A stretch of DNA of 64,000 nt. Source: Hellea sp. (GTDB lineage: Bacteria; Pseudomonadota; Alphaproteobacteria; Caulobacterales; Maricaulaceae). Positions 28,555-38,108 of the stretch are shown here, one piece after another. How positions within the stretch are numbered: the first letter of the stretch is position 1; each line of letters begins with the position of its first letter. Position numbers and translations under genes: made by a program. The stretch is from NCBI GenBank assembly GCA_020631215.1, contig JAHDHS010000008.1, positions 13,110 to 77,109 on the forward strand, in the 5' to 3' direction. Under the pieces are notes generated by a model, which saw nothing but the letters and a program-made list of their open reading frames with translations, was not told where the DNA came from and made no database searches.

Positions 28555-29517
28555 CTATATCTTGAAATTGATCATTCGGCGCATGACCATATTGCCTAAA
28601 AACATCCACCCCAAGACGCCCCAAAAAGTGTGTTTCACAACCGGCAGATGGGTAATCTCTCCATAAAATTCCGGGCTCATGGCGTTAATCACTAAAAATA
28701 AACCAATCGGGGTGACGTTCAAAATTAACGCGGAGGCGCGGCCTTCGGCTGATGCGGCTTTAATTTTAAGGCGCATCTTTTGGCGCTCACGAATAGTATT
28801 GGCATTAGAGCGGAGCAGTTCTGCCAGATTGCCGCCGGTACGTTCCTGAAGGCGGATCATGGCGGAAAATAATTCGAAATCCTCATGGCCGATGCGGTCG
28901 GACATACGCTGAATGGCGGCGCTGATAGACGAACCGAACGCGATCTCATCGCTGGTTATGCCAAATTCCGTCCCAATCGGGTCCGGCATTTCTCTGGCCA
29001 CCAAGCCCATTGAAACCGGAACAGGATGGCCTGCGCCCAGAGACCGGATAATAATATCAAGCGCTTCAGGTAATTGGGCAACAGCTTTGTTGCGGCGGCG
29101 TTTAACCAGAAACATTAATATAAATATGGGCAGCACGGCCCCCAGCATCGCGCCGGCGACGGCCCAGACAAGCTGTCCTTTTAACAAAAACAATGTCAGA
29201 GACAATGCTACCGATAATCCGATAATCAGGGCATAAATCCCATAACCGCCGAGCTTAAGGCCAGACTGCAAAACGAGGTTACCCAGCCAGAATATAATAT
29301 TCTGTAGATCGCTGCCTTCGTCATTTAAGCCGCGGGATTTACGCAGGCGCGATAAAACCGCCGTTTGCGCGTCCTGTTTTTGCATATTGCGCAGCCGATC
29401 ATTGGCCAGCCGCACTCTGACTGCCGCTTGCCGACCGGCCCCGATGACTGTCTGCAAAGCCAAAAAGCCCGCACAAAAGACAAGCCCGTAAATCAACCAT
29501 TTTTGCGTGGGTTCCAT
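28555..29517 (-). CDS. tadB: Tad/Cpa pilus inner-membrane platform protein TadB (T2SS F family)
   Basis: 320 aa, GspF-like. Start codon abuts the cpaF stop. Confidence 0.85.
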   Translation of the reverse strand: MEPTQKWLIYGLVFCAGFLALQTVIGAGRQAAVRVRLANDRLRNMQKQDAQTAVLSRLRKSRGLNDEGSDLQNIIFWLGNLVLQSGLKLGGYGIYALIIGLSVALSLTLFLLKGQLVWAVAGAMLGAVLPIFILMFLVKRRRNKAVAQLPEALDIIIRSLGAGHPVPVSMGLVAREMPDPIGTEFGITSDEIAFGSSISAAIQRMSDRIGHEDFELFSAMIRLQERTGGNLAELLRSNANTIRERQKMRLKIKAASAEGRASALILNVTPIGLFLVINAMSPEFYGEITHLPVVKHTFWGVLGWMFLGNMVMRRMINFKI

Positions 29518-31014
29518 CTAGCCGATACGGTCTTTAATGGATTGCTCAGAGGTTCGCCCAACAGGCAATGCCTTGGGTTCGAACAAACCTTCGGGCAGGG
29601 GAATATTCCGGCAGAGAATTTCATCCAGACATTTTGGGCGAATGCCTGTGGACCGAAATTCGCCAATCACTTCATGTTTCGGCCCGGTGCCTGTCCGGGT
29701 GTAATTGAATATTTCCTGCATTTGAATCACGTCGCCTTCCATGCCGGTGATCTCCGCGACAGAGGTAATCTTGCGCTGCCCGTCTGATAGGCGCGTCGCC
29801 TGGACAATAATGCCAACCGCTGATGCGATCTGTCCAGCCACGGCTTCGGGTGTGATTTTCATATCGCCCATCGCCACCATCTGTTCGAGGCGCGTAATGG
29901 CATCGCGGGGCGTGTTGGCATGGAGCGTGGCCATAGAGCCCTCATGACCCGTATTCATGGCTTGCAGCATATCAAAAGCTTCTTCGCCGCGAACCTCGCC
30001 CAATATTACGCGGTCGGGCCGCATACGCAGGGCGTTCTTAACTAATCCGCGCTGCCTGATTTCACCCCGGCCTTCAATATTGGGCGGACGCGTTTCCATG
30101 CGGGCGACATGGGGCTGTTGTAATTGTAATTCGGCTGCATCCTCAATCGTTATAAGGCGCTCTTTATGGCTGATGGATTGGGACAAAGCATTGAGCAATG
30201 TCGTTTTCCCTGAGCCCGTTCCACCGGAAATCAAGATGGTGACGCGGGACTTACAGGCGGCCCAGAGAAATTGCGCGACGACATCCGGCACCGCGCCAAA
30301 CTCAACCAGCTTATCCAGAGTGAAGGGCTTTTTAGAAAACTTCCGAATGGAAACCAATGGCCCGTCAACGGCTATCGGCGCGATCGCCACATTGACCCGG
30401 GACCCGTCTAATAGGCGCGCGTCACAAAGCGGCTGGCTTTCATCGACCCGGCGGCCGACTTGCGCCACGATTTTATTGATAATCCTTAGAAGATGCGGCT
30501 CATTGGCAAAGCGCACACCAGATAGCTCCAGTTCCCCGCCGCGTTCTATATAGACCTGCTCATGCGTATTGATGAGTATGTCAGAGACGCTTTCATCCTG
30601 CAGTAAAGGCTCTAGCGGCCCTAAGCCTGTCATTTCATCAAAGACGCCATCCGCCAATTCGCGTATTTCCGGCTCGCTCATGCGTAATTTATCTTCACGG
30701 GCCAGAGCTTTAACGATGTCAAAGACACGTTCTTTCAGAGCCGTTGTCTCCAGACCATCCAGAGCGGTGAGATCAATCTCATCAATCAAGCGCGAATGAA
30801 GCTTGATTTTCATCTCAAGTGATTTTTCTTGCTCTGTTTTCGAGGTAGGTTTTTGGGGGGCACCTTCAATTTCAGAGGTTTTTTGGCTTTCTACGATTTC
30901 GACCAAAGCTTCCGGCCCATACTCGTCACGCAGTAAGCGGGCCGCAGAGCCAGCCTCAGCTTGCGCATGACCATCATCGGTAATTTCACTGAATATTTCT
31001 GTAAATCGTCCCAT
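29518..31014 (-). CDS. cpaF: Tad/Cpa pilus secretion ATPase CpaF/TadA
   Basis: 498 aa. Walker A GGTGSGKTTLLNAL and the Asp/His boxes of VirB11/GspE-type ATPases. Confidence 0.95.
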   Translation of the reverse strand: MGRFTEIFSEITDDGHAQAEAGSAARLLRDEYGPEALVEIVESQKTSEIEGAPQKPTSKTEQEKSLEMKIKLHSRLIDEIDLTALDGLETTALKERVFDIVKALAREDKLRMSEPEIRELADGVFDEMTGLGPLEPLLQDESVSDILINTHEQVYIERGGELELSGVRFANEPHLLRIINKIVAQVGRRVDESQPLCDARLLDGSRVNVAIAPIAVDGPLVSIRKFSKKPFTLDKLVEFGAVPDVVAQFLWAACKSRVTILISGGTGSGKTTLLNALSQSISHKERLITIEDAAELQLQQPHVARMETRPPNIEGRGEIRQRGLVKNALRMRPDRVILGEVRGEEAFDMLQAMNTGHEGSMATLHANTPRDAITRLEQMVAMGDMKITPEAVAGQIASAVGIIVQATRLSDGQRKITSVAEITGMEGDVIQMQEIFNYTRTGTGPKHEVIGEFRSTGIRPKCLDEILCRNIPLPEGLFEPKALPVGRTSEQSIKDRIG

Positions 31015-31072
31015 GATCAGGGCGTATCAAAACCGGACTAATTACAGGTTAGAAAATAAGATTAACCACAGC

Positions 31073-32080
31073 TTACGCGGCGTTTGCGCTCAGCGTTTTC
31101 TGCCCCCGTTGTTCGGCAATTTTGATCAGTTTATCCGTAATTCTCCGGCTGTTTTTGGCAAGGCGGCTGTCTGGCCGCATCGCGCCAACGGGCTCCCCGC
31201 AATTCAGCGATTCGCGGGCTGTATCCGCATCAATGCACATAGTTTCCCATATCTCGCAGTTGAGAGCCTTTTCGGCATCCGTCAATCGCAGAGAATTGCG
31301 CAGCGAGCGCCGTTCATATTTAGAGACGATTGGATGAAGCTGACAACGCTCACCCAAGCGTTTATCAATTTGGTCAATTTGCATACGCGTCAAATGCAAA
31401 GCCGGCACGGTCAGCTCTGTCACTATGCCGACAAAATCTGACCCCGCCATTATGGGCAGTGACCAGGCCTGTTGATGACGCGGCATGTCGATGACCACAT
31501 ATTTGTAAAGCTTGCTGGCGGCATCCAGCATGGCCAGAACCGCTTGTGGGTTTATACGTCCCGTGCCTCCCGGGGCATTGGGCGCCGCCAACAGGCTGAC
31601 ACCTGAACTATGTGTGCTGACCAATGCCGAGGTAAAAGCCGTATCAATCCGGCTGGCGTTGGAGGATAATTCGGCCAGGCTAATGCTAGGCGGAAGATCT
31701 AAAAAATACGCAGTCGCGCCTGTTTCAAAATCTAAATCGATCAAACAGACTTGGGGGTCTTCAGGGCGGCCCAATGGATTTGGCTGTTTCTGCCTTATGG
31801 CCAAATCATAGGCAATTTGCGTCGCCAAAGTGGTCGTGCCGACCCCGCCGCTGGCACCGATAAAGGTGAAAATAGCGGCATCTTGCGGCGGGGTGACACT
31901 GGCTTTGGGAGCGTGGGTCTCGGGTGTTTCTTGGTTTGCGGGAGCCGTCATATTGTCTTCCGGCATAGCAGGGATTTCAAGATCACGGTCATCATCGTGA
32001 CGGTCACTGGCAAGCTCGATAAGGTCTTGAGGTGAGACATCTACACGGTCGCTTTTACGGCGTTTAAAGAAGTTACCCAT
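31073..32080 (-). CDS. cpaE: Tad/Cpa pilus localisation ATPase-like protein CpaE/TadZ
   Basis: 335 aa. Deviant Walker A GASGGVGTTTLA typical of TadZ/CpaE (MinD/ParA fold). The acidic N-terminus is shorter than in receiver-domain-containing TadZ proteins. Confidence 0.85.
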   Translation of the reverse strand: MGNFFKRRKSDRVDVSPQDLIELASDRHDDDRDLEIPAMPEDNMTAPANQETPETHAPKASVTPPQDAAIFTFIGASGGVGTTTLATQIAYDLAIRQKQPNPLGRPEDPQVCLIDLDFETGATAYFLDLPPSISLAELSSNASRIDTAFTSALVSTHSSGVSLLAAPNAPGGTGRINPQAVLAMLDAASKLYKYVVIDMPRHQQAWSLPIMAGSDFVGIVTELTVPALHLTRMQIDQIDKRLGERCQLHPIVSKYERRSLRNSLRLTDAEKALNCEIWETMCIDADTARESLNCGEPVGAMRPDSRLAKNSRRITDKLIKIAEQRGQKTLSANAA

Positions 32081-32690
32081 TTCTCAAATCTCCCCCCATA
32101 ATACTCGCAGTCACAGGCGGAATTGTTTTTAGGCCCGCAGGGGCGATCGCGTCCAGAAAGACAAAATCAAACTTCAGATCACGGATCGTGACGGTAATTA
32201 AAGGCGCCGGATCTGGTGGAAAGCCTGCCCGCCCAAAACCGGAATGTGAGTAATTAATATCCACATTGTCTTCGCTTACAATATCGAAGACATCACACAT
32301 GCCGCGCCGGGCCCGCGCTGTCGATGCGCAGGTTAAATCCTGATCCGGGCCGTAAACTATGGCGTTCATGGCGGCTTGATCAAAAGAGCCTTGATTACAG
32401 CTTTGAGCGCTCCCACTGCAATCATAAGAGTAATCCGGCATGGGGTCTCCGGCTTCAACGCCTTGGCCCAAACCCGTCATATCGCGCAGCTGAGTGGCGA
32501 CCGGGTTGGATGTGGCCGCCACGCGCGCGCCATGACGTGCGGACTGGATTGCGCCGTTCCATTGATAAGTCACATAGCAGAACTCAATCGCGCAGCCGGT
32601 CAGGATAACAATGACGGGAATGACGAAGGCCGCCTCGGTGGAGACCGAGCCGCTTTTGGCCCTTAGATATGAAATAAATTTACGGATCAT
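32073..32690 (-). CDS. TadE-like pseudopilin
   Basis: 205 aa. N-terminus KSGSVSTEAAFVIPVIVILTG matches the TadE/TadF prepilin-like motif. Confidence 0.75.
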   Translation of the reverse strand: MIRKFISYLRAKSGSVSTEAAFVIPVIVILTGCAIEFCYVTYQWNGAIQSARHGARVAATSNPVATQLRDMTGLGQGVEAGDPMPDYSYDCSGSAQSCNQGSFDQAAMNAIVYGPDQDLTCASTARARRGMCDVFDIVSEDNVDINYSHSGFGRAGFPPDPAPLITVTIRDLKFDFVFLDAIAPAGLKTIPPVTASIMGGDLRNG

Positions 32691-33154
32691 GATGCGCTAC
32701 CTATGACCCGTTCTTCATGTGTGGCGCTCAGAGTCAGGCTTCCGCCGGAAAATAATTTGATAATGCCTATCCCTTGATAGTCATATGCGGCCGATAATTC
32801 GACAATTTGTATATTTTCGCCGCCTCGATATGCCTGACCGGGATTTGCGATATTGCGGTAGTTTATAGTCACGCCGGAGCTGTCCCAACCATCGATACGC
32901 GCCTCTCCGCCGGGCTTGATTGAGCCCGTTGTCGCCAGCCATTTTGCCTGACTTTCAAAGGCCTGCGGATTGGCGGAGTTGGACAGGTAATTCCCTGCAG
33001 CCGTCAGGCCGCTTTCCATCTTATGATTGTCGAGCATAAGCAGCGACCCATCCAAAGCCCCGAAGGATAGGACAAACAAAAAGGGCATGACAAAGACAGC
33101 TTCAACCGCAATGGCGCCGCTCTCATTCTTGCGATATGAGTTTAACTTGCGCAT
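32687..33154 (-). CDS. TadE-like pseudopilin
   Basis: 155 aa. N-terminus NESGAIAVEAVFVMPFLFVL, the canonical TadE motif. Confidence 0.8.
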   Translation of the reverse strand: MRKLNSYRKNESGAIAVEAVFVMPFLFVLSFGALDGSLLMLDNHKMESGLTAAGNYLSNSANPQAFESQAKWLATTGSIKPGGEARIDGWDSSGVTINYRNIANPGQAYRGGENIQIVELSAAYDYQGIGIIKLFSGGSLTLSATHEERVIGSAS

Positions 33155-34635
33155 TACCGGGTTATGGCCACTTTATCATTGGCTTCATTGTCAACGCCCT
33201 CGACGACAGGGCCGACCATTTCGCCCCAGATCACAGCTTCATTGCCGACATTCATGGGTTCGGTTACAAAGACTTTGACAAAGGTTTCGACTGGCAGTGC
33301 CTTGTCAGAGTCTAAGCTTCCATTGTCGATGGCCTGTTTAATCTCACCGCAATTTAATACTGCCGCATGTATAATGCGTCGGTCTTCGACCTGAGTGGAT
33401 GGCCCAGAACTGTGACAGGTTGGATGCCCCTCTTCGGGTGTGCTCGAATGACTCCCATATGTTATCGCTCCGGGAATGCTATTATTGTCGATTTCCCACC
33501 GATACATGGCATAGCGGCTGGGCGGTATGGATGGCGTGACGGTGTTTTTATTGTAATTTAATTTATAAGTGACGCCTTCAATAGTGATTTTTTGGGCTTC
33601 ATTATGATTGACACGCATATATTCCACAAAATCCCAATTACCATAGCCCATGGAGCCATGAACGTTGGTGCAAGAGCCCGTCAGAAAGCAATTATCCCTT
33701 GGCAGGCCCATAGCATTCACGTCCGGAGAAACATTGCAGGATTTATTGCCGCTATAGCCTTTCAAAACATTGGCAGCAGGGGCATAGCTCGGATCGTTTT
33801 TCTTTTGTTTGAATGATCCCGAATAAATATCAAACCGGGTGTTAAACCCCTGCCGCATAGAACTAATATTCCCTGTGCGGATGACGACCCCGTCCATTTG
33901 AGACAGGCAATAATTTGGTTTGTCCACGGCGATTGCATCTGCGAGCAGCGAGGCGCCGCTATTCCCACCATAGGGATCCAGCCACCCAAATCCACCGGCG
34001 ATCATGACAGTGCTTCCGCCAGACGGACCTTTAAATTGGATTTGCCGACGCCGCATATTTGGGTCTTCGAGCGCCTGATAAATCGACAAACTGCCATCTT
34101 CCCATGGGTTGCAAACATAGACTGGCGCGCCGCCGCAAACAGTTTGATTCATGCCTGCAACAGATGTGGATTGCAGCGCGACGTCGACCATACCGGAGGC
34201 CAAGCCCGGCGGAAACAGCGTCGTTACTGTTTCAGGTTTCACAGTCACTTCGACATATTTTGCTTCGGAAGGCACAGTGGTGACTGAGCTGGCCGGAACC
34301 TCTTCATAATCATTAGCCGGAATTTCTTTCAGAAACCGAATGCGCTCCACTTCGACGTCACCGGAACCCCGATTGGAAAATTTCTGTTCCAGTTTAAGCA
34401 TATTATTCACAGCATTAGTTGCGCGCGCTATGCTGTCGCCGCGCTGATCAAGCTCAGCAGCGCCGGCCCGTGCCAATGCATCAGAGGCGGCTTGCAAATC
34501 ACCATCCATATTATAGACGCGCGCAACATCAATAGACAGCGCCGCACCGCCGATCACAACAGGGGTCGTAACGGCTGCCCAGGCGGCAACCGCTCCGCCC
34601 GTTGATTTTAGGAATGATTTGAATTTGATATTCAC
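33154..34635 (-). CDS. TadG-like pilus assembly protein
   Basis: 493 aa. N-terminus STGGAVAAWAAVTTPVVIGGAALSIDVARVY (TadE/G-like Flp pilus assembly domain). GTG start overlapping the upstream stop. Confidence 0.75.
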   Translation of the reverse strand: MNIKFKSFLKSTGGAVAAWAAVTTPVVIGGAALSIDVARVYNMDGDLQAASDALARAGAAELDQRGDSIARATNAVNNMLKLEQKFSNRGSGDVEVERIRFLKEIPANDYEEVPASSVTTVPSEAKYVEVTVKPETVTTLFPPGLASGMVDVALQSTSVAGMNQTVCGGAPVYVCNPWEDGSLSIYQALEDPNMRRRQIQFKGPSGGSTVMIAGGFGWLDPYGGNSGASLLADAIAVDKPNYCLSQMDGVVIRTGNISSMRQGFNTRFDIYSGSFKQKKNDPSYAPAANVLKGYSGNKSCNVSPDVNAMGLPRDNCFLTGSCTNVHGSMGYGNWDFVEYMRVNHNEAQKITIEGVTYKLNYNKNTVTPSIPPSRYAMYRWEIDNNSIPGAITYGSHSSTPEEGHPTCHSSGPSTQVEDRRIIHAAVLNCGEIKQAIDNGSLDSDKALPVETFVKVFVTEPMNVGNEAVIWGEMVGPVVEGVDNEANDKVAITR

Positions 34636-34907
34636 GATTTATCTCCCTCAACAGAAAGAGGTTTTGGTTCCTTGACCTTGTCTTCTTCATAGGCTTTGCG
34701 CGCCAGGCGCTGACGTTCACGGTTGGCCGGGATGTAGGTATTGGCTTTTTGCTCCGGCGTCGGGGCAACCATTTGCGCCGCCATATTTGCCTTGACCGCT
34801 TTGCCAAAATTATGATGTCCAGCTTTCATTGACGGCTGGTTGGTCGTCGCGCAGGCGGAGAGTAAAAATCCGCAACAAGTGGCGAGTAAAATTTTATTGT
34901 AAGGCAT
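34632..34907 (-). CDS. Small lipoprotein of the Tad operon (CpaD/RcpB position)
   Basis: Start moved to the ATG at 34907 (MPYNKILLATCCGFLLSAC lipobox), which has AGGAG 9 nt upstream. The longer track ORF overlaps cpaC. Confidence 0.6.
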   Translation of the reverse strand: MPYNKILLATCCGFLLSACATTNQPSMKAGHHNFGKAVKANMAAQMVAPTPEQKANTYIPANRERQRLARKAYEEDKVKEPKPLSVEGDKS

Positions 34908-36234
34908 GACCATAGTCTCCTGATAATTGGGCTGTGGACCCATCAATTTGGCTGCCGAAAAAGGCTTCACCATCTGACGGATTGGCAAGATCGTCGAGCG
35001 GCGTTGCCAGTTTGGATTTATCTGACACCGGCTGCGCAAGATGCGGCGTGACAATGATCACAAGTTCAGTTTCCGCTGTTTGATATCGCGTGGACGAGAA
35101 TAGAGACCCCAGAATTGGTATGTCCCCAAGCCAAGGCACCTGATTGCGGCGGTTTTCAGACTCGTTCTGCAGCAAACCGGCAATGGCAAAGCTTTGTGAA
35201 TTGCGAAGCTCAATCGTGGTTTTCGCCCGCCGGACGCGCAGACCGGGGACTTCAACCCCGCCTATTCGAACAGCAATTGTTTGATCCAGTTGACTGACTT
35301 CCGGCGCTACTTTTAAATTAATCACGCCATCATCGAGCACGGTGGGCGTAAAGGCGAGGCCCACACCAAATTTTCTATATTCAATCGCGATGTCACCAAG
35401 CGGCGTAGGAACCGGGATCGGATATTCGCCGCCTGCCAGGAAGCTGGCTGTTTCGCCTGACATGGAGACTAGATTTGGTTCGGCTAAGGTTCGAATAATA
35501 CCTTTATCTTCCAAAGCTTGTAGGCGTAAATTTAGCGAGGCTGTCCCGATGCCGCCACCAAGAACACCGTTTATCACGGCCCCGTCAAAGAGACTTCCAC
35601 TGTTTAGTCCAAAATCACCCGGCTCAAAACCTCCGCCTTGATTTTGCGCTGATAAAACATTGATGCCCAGCTGCTTAACGGCATCCCGGCTGGCTTCGAC
35701 GAAGCGTACTTCTAACATAACCTGATGACTGTCGTGAACGGATAGGCCATTTGTGACGCGGTTGGGCGCATAAGCCTGCGCGATTTTCTCCGCCCGTTTT
35801 GCTACCGCCTCGGTCGACACATCTCCGGAGAGATAAAGACCGTCTGCCATGGGCCGAACTTCAACGCGTTCATTTGGAAAGGTCTCGAAGAGGGATTTCT
35901 TCAAGCCCGCTAAATCAAACCCAACCGTCACATCAACGATGTCAACTAATTGACGGTTTCCGTCATATAACATGACATTGGTTTTGCCGCCTGCTTTGCC
36001 CAGAACCTGAAAGGACTGATCTGATAAAACAATGACATCGGCAATTTCCGCATTTCCGACCCGGACTTCTTTGAACGCATTATCTGTCCGCATCACGATC
36101 ATGTCATTCTTAACGACATTGGTAGATGTGCGGGATTTTTGGGTTTCCATATCAACCCAGGATTTCCCATGAACAGGCATCGCCAGACAGGCTGTGGTCA
36201 GTAGGGCGCAGGTGAACAGCTTTAAATGACTCAT
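34894..36234 (-). CDS. cpaC: Tad/Cpa pilus secretin CpaC/RcpA
   Basis: Start moved to the ATG at 36234 (MSHLKLFTCALLTTACLAMPVHG signal peptide). BON-like N domain and C-terminal secretin domain (GGEYPIPV, VPWLGDIPILGSLF). Confidence 0.92.
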   Translation of the reverse strand: MSHLKLFTCALLTTACLAMPVHGKSWVDMETQKSRTSTNVVKNDMIVMRTDNAFKEVRVGNAEIADVIVLSDQSFQVLGKAGGKTNVMLYDGNRQLVDIVDVTVGFDLAGLKKSLFETFPNERVEVRPMADGLYLSGDVSTEAVAKRAEKIAQAYAPNRVTNGLSVHDSHQVMLEVRFVEASRDAVKQLGINVLSAQNQGGGFEPGDFGLNSGSLFDGAVINGVLGGGIGTASLNLRLQALEDKGIIRTLAEPNLVSMSGETASFLAGGEYPIPVPTPLGDIAIEYRKFGVGLAFTPTVLDDGVINLKVAPEVSQLDQTIAVRIGGVEVPGLRVRRAKTTIELRNSQSFAIAGLLQNESENRRNQVPWLGDIPILGSLFSSTRYQTAETELVIIVTPHLAQPVSDKSKLATPLDDLANPSDGEAFFGSQIDGSTAQLSGDYGHALQ

Positions 36235-36238
36235 GATC

Positions 36239-37186
36239 TTATCCCCCGGCCAATTGCGTTGCAGAGGCGGCGCTTGACGCTCTCTCTTCACTCAAAACAG
36301 TGACGCTTGATTTTTCTTCGCCGCGGAAGACCGTAATATCTGTTCTTGGATCAAAAGGTTTCGCCTCAGCCTTTTTGGCCTTAGGGGCGGCTGATGATTT
36401 ACGGCGCTTCGTCCGCTGCCGTCCGGAAAGCTGCGTGCTTAAAACCGGCGTAGATGTGGCGACCTCAGTTTCACCCGTAGAGCGAAGAGACAAAGAAAGC
36501 GTCCCGCCCTCCATAGCGGCGGCCAAAATTTGGGCGTCACGATGATTGACTTCGACAGTCACCGTCCGGGCCACATCCGGATCGCTTGTTTGATCAGATA
36601 AATTTTGATCCACGGCTAAAACTTTAATCGATTGCAGGACGATATCTGTTCGGTAGGTTGTGACCTTGGCGTCCGGATTGGGCTCATATGTATAAAGTAT
36701 ATCGACCAGATCGCCGGGCACGACAAATCCCGCCACGCCCGAAACATCATCGACCCGAATGGCTGCCGCGCGGTGACCTTTGGATATTTTGGACGACAGG
36801 CTGGCGCGCTCCCCCTGACCGCTGACCTTATGCGCCAATATAACCTCATTGGCTTTGACCGGCCCAAGCGCGTGAATGGGATCGGAATTATTTGGGTTAA
36901 ATAAATCCGATATATCTGTGAACGTTCCCAATGGAACAATTTCCGCAGGCATATCGACGACACGTAAAACATCCTGGTTTATTGTGTCGCCGAATTCAAG
37001 ATCCACATCCGCTACGAGCACAGCTTGCATGGGTATAGTTTCTTGGATTTCTGCTGGCGCAGTCAAAGGGCGCGCATTTCGAAACTCATTTTCGACGGCG
37101 CCATTAATCCACCCGCGCGCCAGCACAATAGACATGACGCCGAAGGCAGCTGATGCACCTAATGTCACTATTGTATTTACCCGCAT
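36239..37186 (-). CDS. cpaB: Flp pilus assembly protein CpaB/RcpC
   Basis: Start at the ATG 37186 (MRVNTIVTLGASAAFGVMSIVLA TM anchor). SAF-like and RcpC domains. First gene of the operon. Confidence 0.88.
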   Translation of the reverse strand: MRVNTIVTLGASAAFGVMSIVLARGWINGAVENEFRNARPLTAPAEIQETIPMQAVLVADVDLEFGDTINQDVLRVVDMPAEIVPLGTFTDISDLFNPNNSDPIHALGPVKANEVILAHKVSGQGERASLSSKISKGHRAAAIRVDDVSGVAGFVVPGDLVDILYTYEPNPDAKVTTYRTDIVLQSIKVLAVDQNLSDQTSDPDVARTVTVEVNHRDAQILAAAMEGGTLSLSLRSTGETEVATSTPVLSTQLSGRQRTKRRKSSAAPKAKKAEAKPFDPRTDITVFRGEEKSSVTVLSEERASSAASATQLAGG

Positions 37187-37288
37187 TGAGCCCAACCCTT
37201 ATCGATCGTCTTTTTATCCCAACAGCATTTTCCGCCATTTGGAATTAAACTAAGGGAAAGCGTGAAATTTTCTGTCAAGAAACAGAGT

Positions 37289-37303
37289 TTAACATTGGCT
37301 TAA
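37289..37303. promoter_or_regulatory. CtrA-type box TTAA-N7-TTAA (a)
   Basis: TTAACATTGGCTTAA in the cpaB / DUF11-gene divergent spacer. Confidence 0.5.
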
Positions 37304-37311
37304 AGTCGTTG

Positions 37312-37326
37312 TTAACGGGGGCTTAA
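37312..37326. promoter_or_regulatory. CtrA-type box TTAA-N7-TTAA (b)
   Basis: TTAACGGGGGCTTAA, 8 bp after box (a). Confidence 0.5.
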
Positions 37327-37441
37327 ATTTTATGAGCGGAGGGTGAATGCACGATATTCCTAACGCTATTTACATGTTGGATTAGCACCTCGTTAAAGAA
37401 GGCGGGTTATGATGCCGCTGGATATGACTATGGAGATACCC

Positions 37442-37918
37442 ATGAGAAAATTTGGACTTATTACTCTAACCGCTCTTTTGGCAGGGTTTGCCCCAATGGC
37501 ATTTGCCATGACGGCGACACAAACCGTTGAGAAAGAAATCACGAGAACAGCCCCTGACGGGAGCGTTACGACAGAGCGCGTCGAGGCCAAGCTGGTCACA
37601 CCTGGCGAGAAAGTTGTTTATACGCTCAACATACAAAATACGCGGAATGAGGCCGCATCTGACTTGAAACTGGCGATGCCTATCCCTGCAGATGTTAAAT
37701 ATATCGAAGGAACGGCTGACCGCCCCGGGGCGATAGTGCGTTTTTCAGCAGATGGCGGACAAACCTTTACAGACCGCGAAAGCCTGCAAGTAACAGAAAC
37801 GTCGGGGCAAGCCCGTCCTGCGACAGCAGATGATATTACGCATATACAATGGCAAATCGCAGGCCCTATTGCGGCAGGCAGCGGGGACTCGGTCGAGTTT
37901 AAGGCGCGCCTCAGATAA
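37442..37918 (+). CDS. Small secreted DUF11-like (conserved repeat domain) protein
   Basis: Start at the ATG 37442, with GGAGA upstream. Signal peptide MRKFGLITLTALLAGFAPMAFA, then one beta-sandwich-type module with the DUF11 pattern GEKVVYTLNIQNTRNEAASDLKLAMPIPADVKYIEGT. Confidence 0.7.
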   Translation: MRKFGLITLTALLAGFAPMAFAMTATQTVEKEITRTAPDGSVTTERVEAKLVTPGEKVVYTLNIQNTRNEAASDLKLAMPIPADVKYIEGTADRPGAIVRFSADGGQTFTDRESLQVTETSGQARPATADDITHIQWQIAGPIAAGSGDSVEFKARLR

Positions 37919-37942
37919 GCCGATAAAAATTTAACCTATTCT

Positions 37943-37974
37943 AAGCCCGGCGATTTTTGTCGGGCTTTTTCTTT
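37943..37974 (+). terminator. Intrinsic terminator after the small DUF11 gene
   Basis: AAGCCCG-11 nt-CGGGCTT followed by TTTTTCTTT. Confidence 0.65.
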
Positions 37975-38108
37975 GGCCAAGAGCACGAAATAATTGAAGC
38001 TGAAATTATCTATTTGAAGAATCAATAATTTCGAAGTGTTTAACAAGGTATGAACGGAAATAACGCCAACCTCTTGTAATCATATGAAAAATAACAACTT
38101 ATTCTGCT

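Noticed and set aside
34908-35054. N-terminal extension of the small Tad lipoprotein ORF (track start 35054), and similar 5' extensions at 8211, 13556, 23305, 26114, 36291, 37195, 37409, 39402, 53182, 55123, 55970 and 59189
   Set aside because: The extensions overlap the preceding gene or a terminator and lack signal-peptide logic. Internal ATGs give proper signal peptides or family N-termini and have Shine-Dalgarno-like sequences, so I used those starts.
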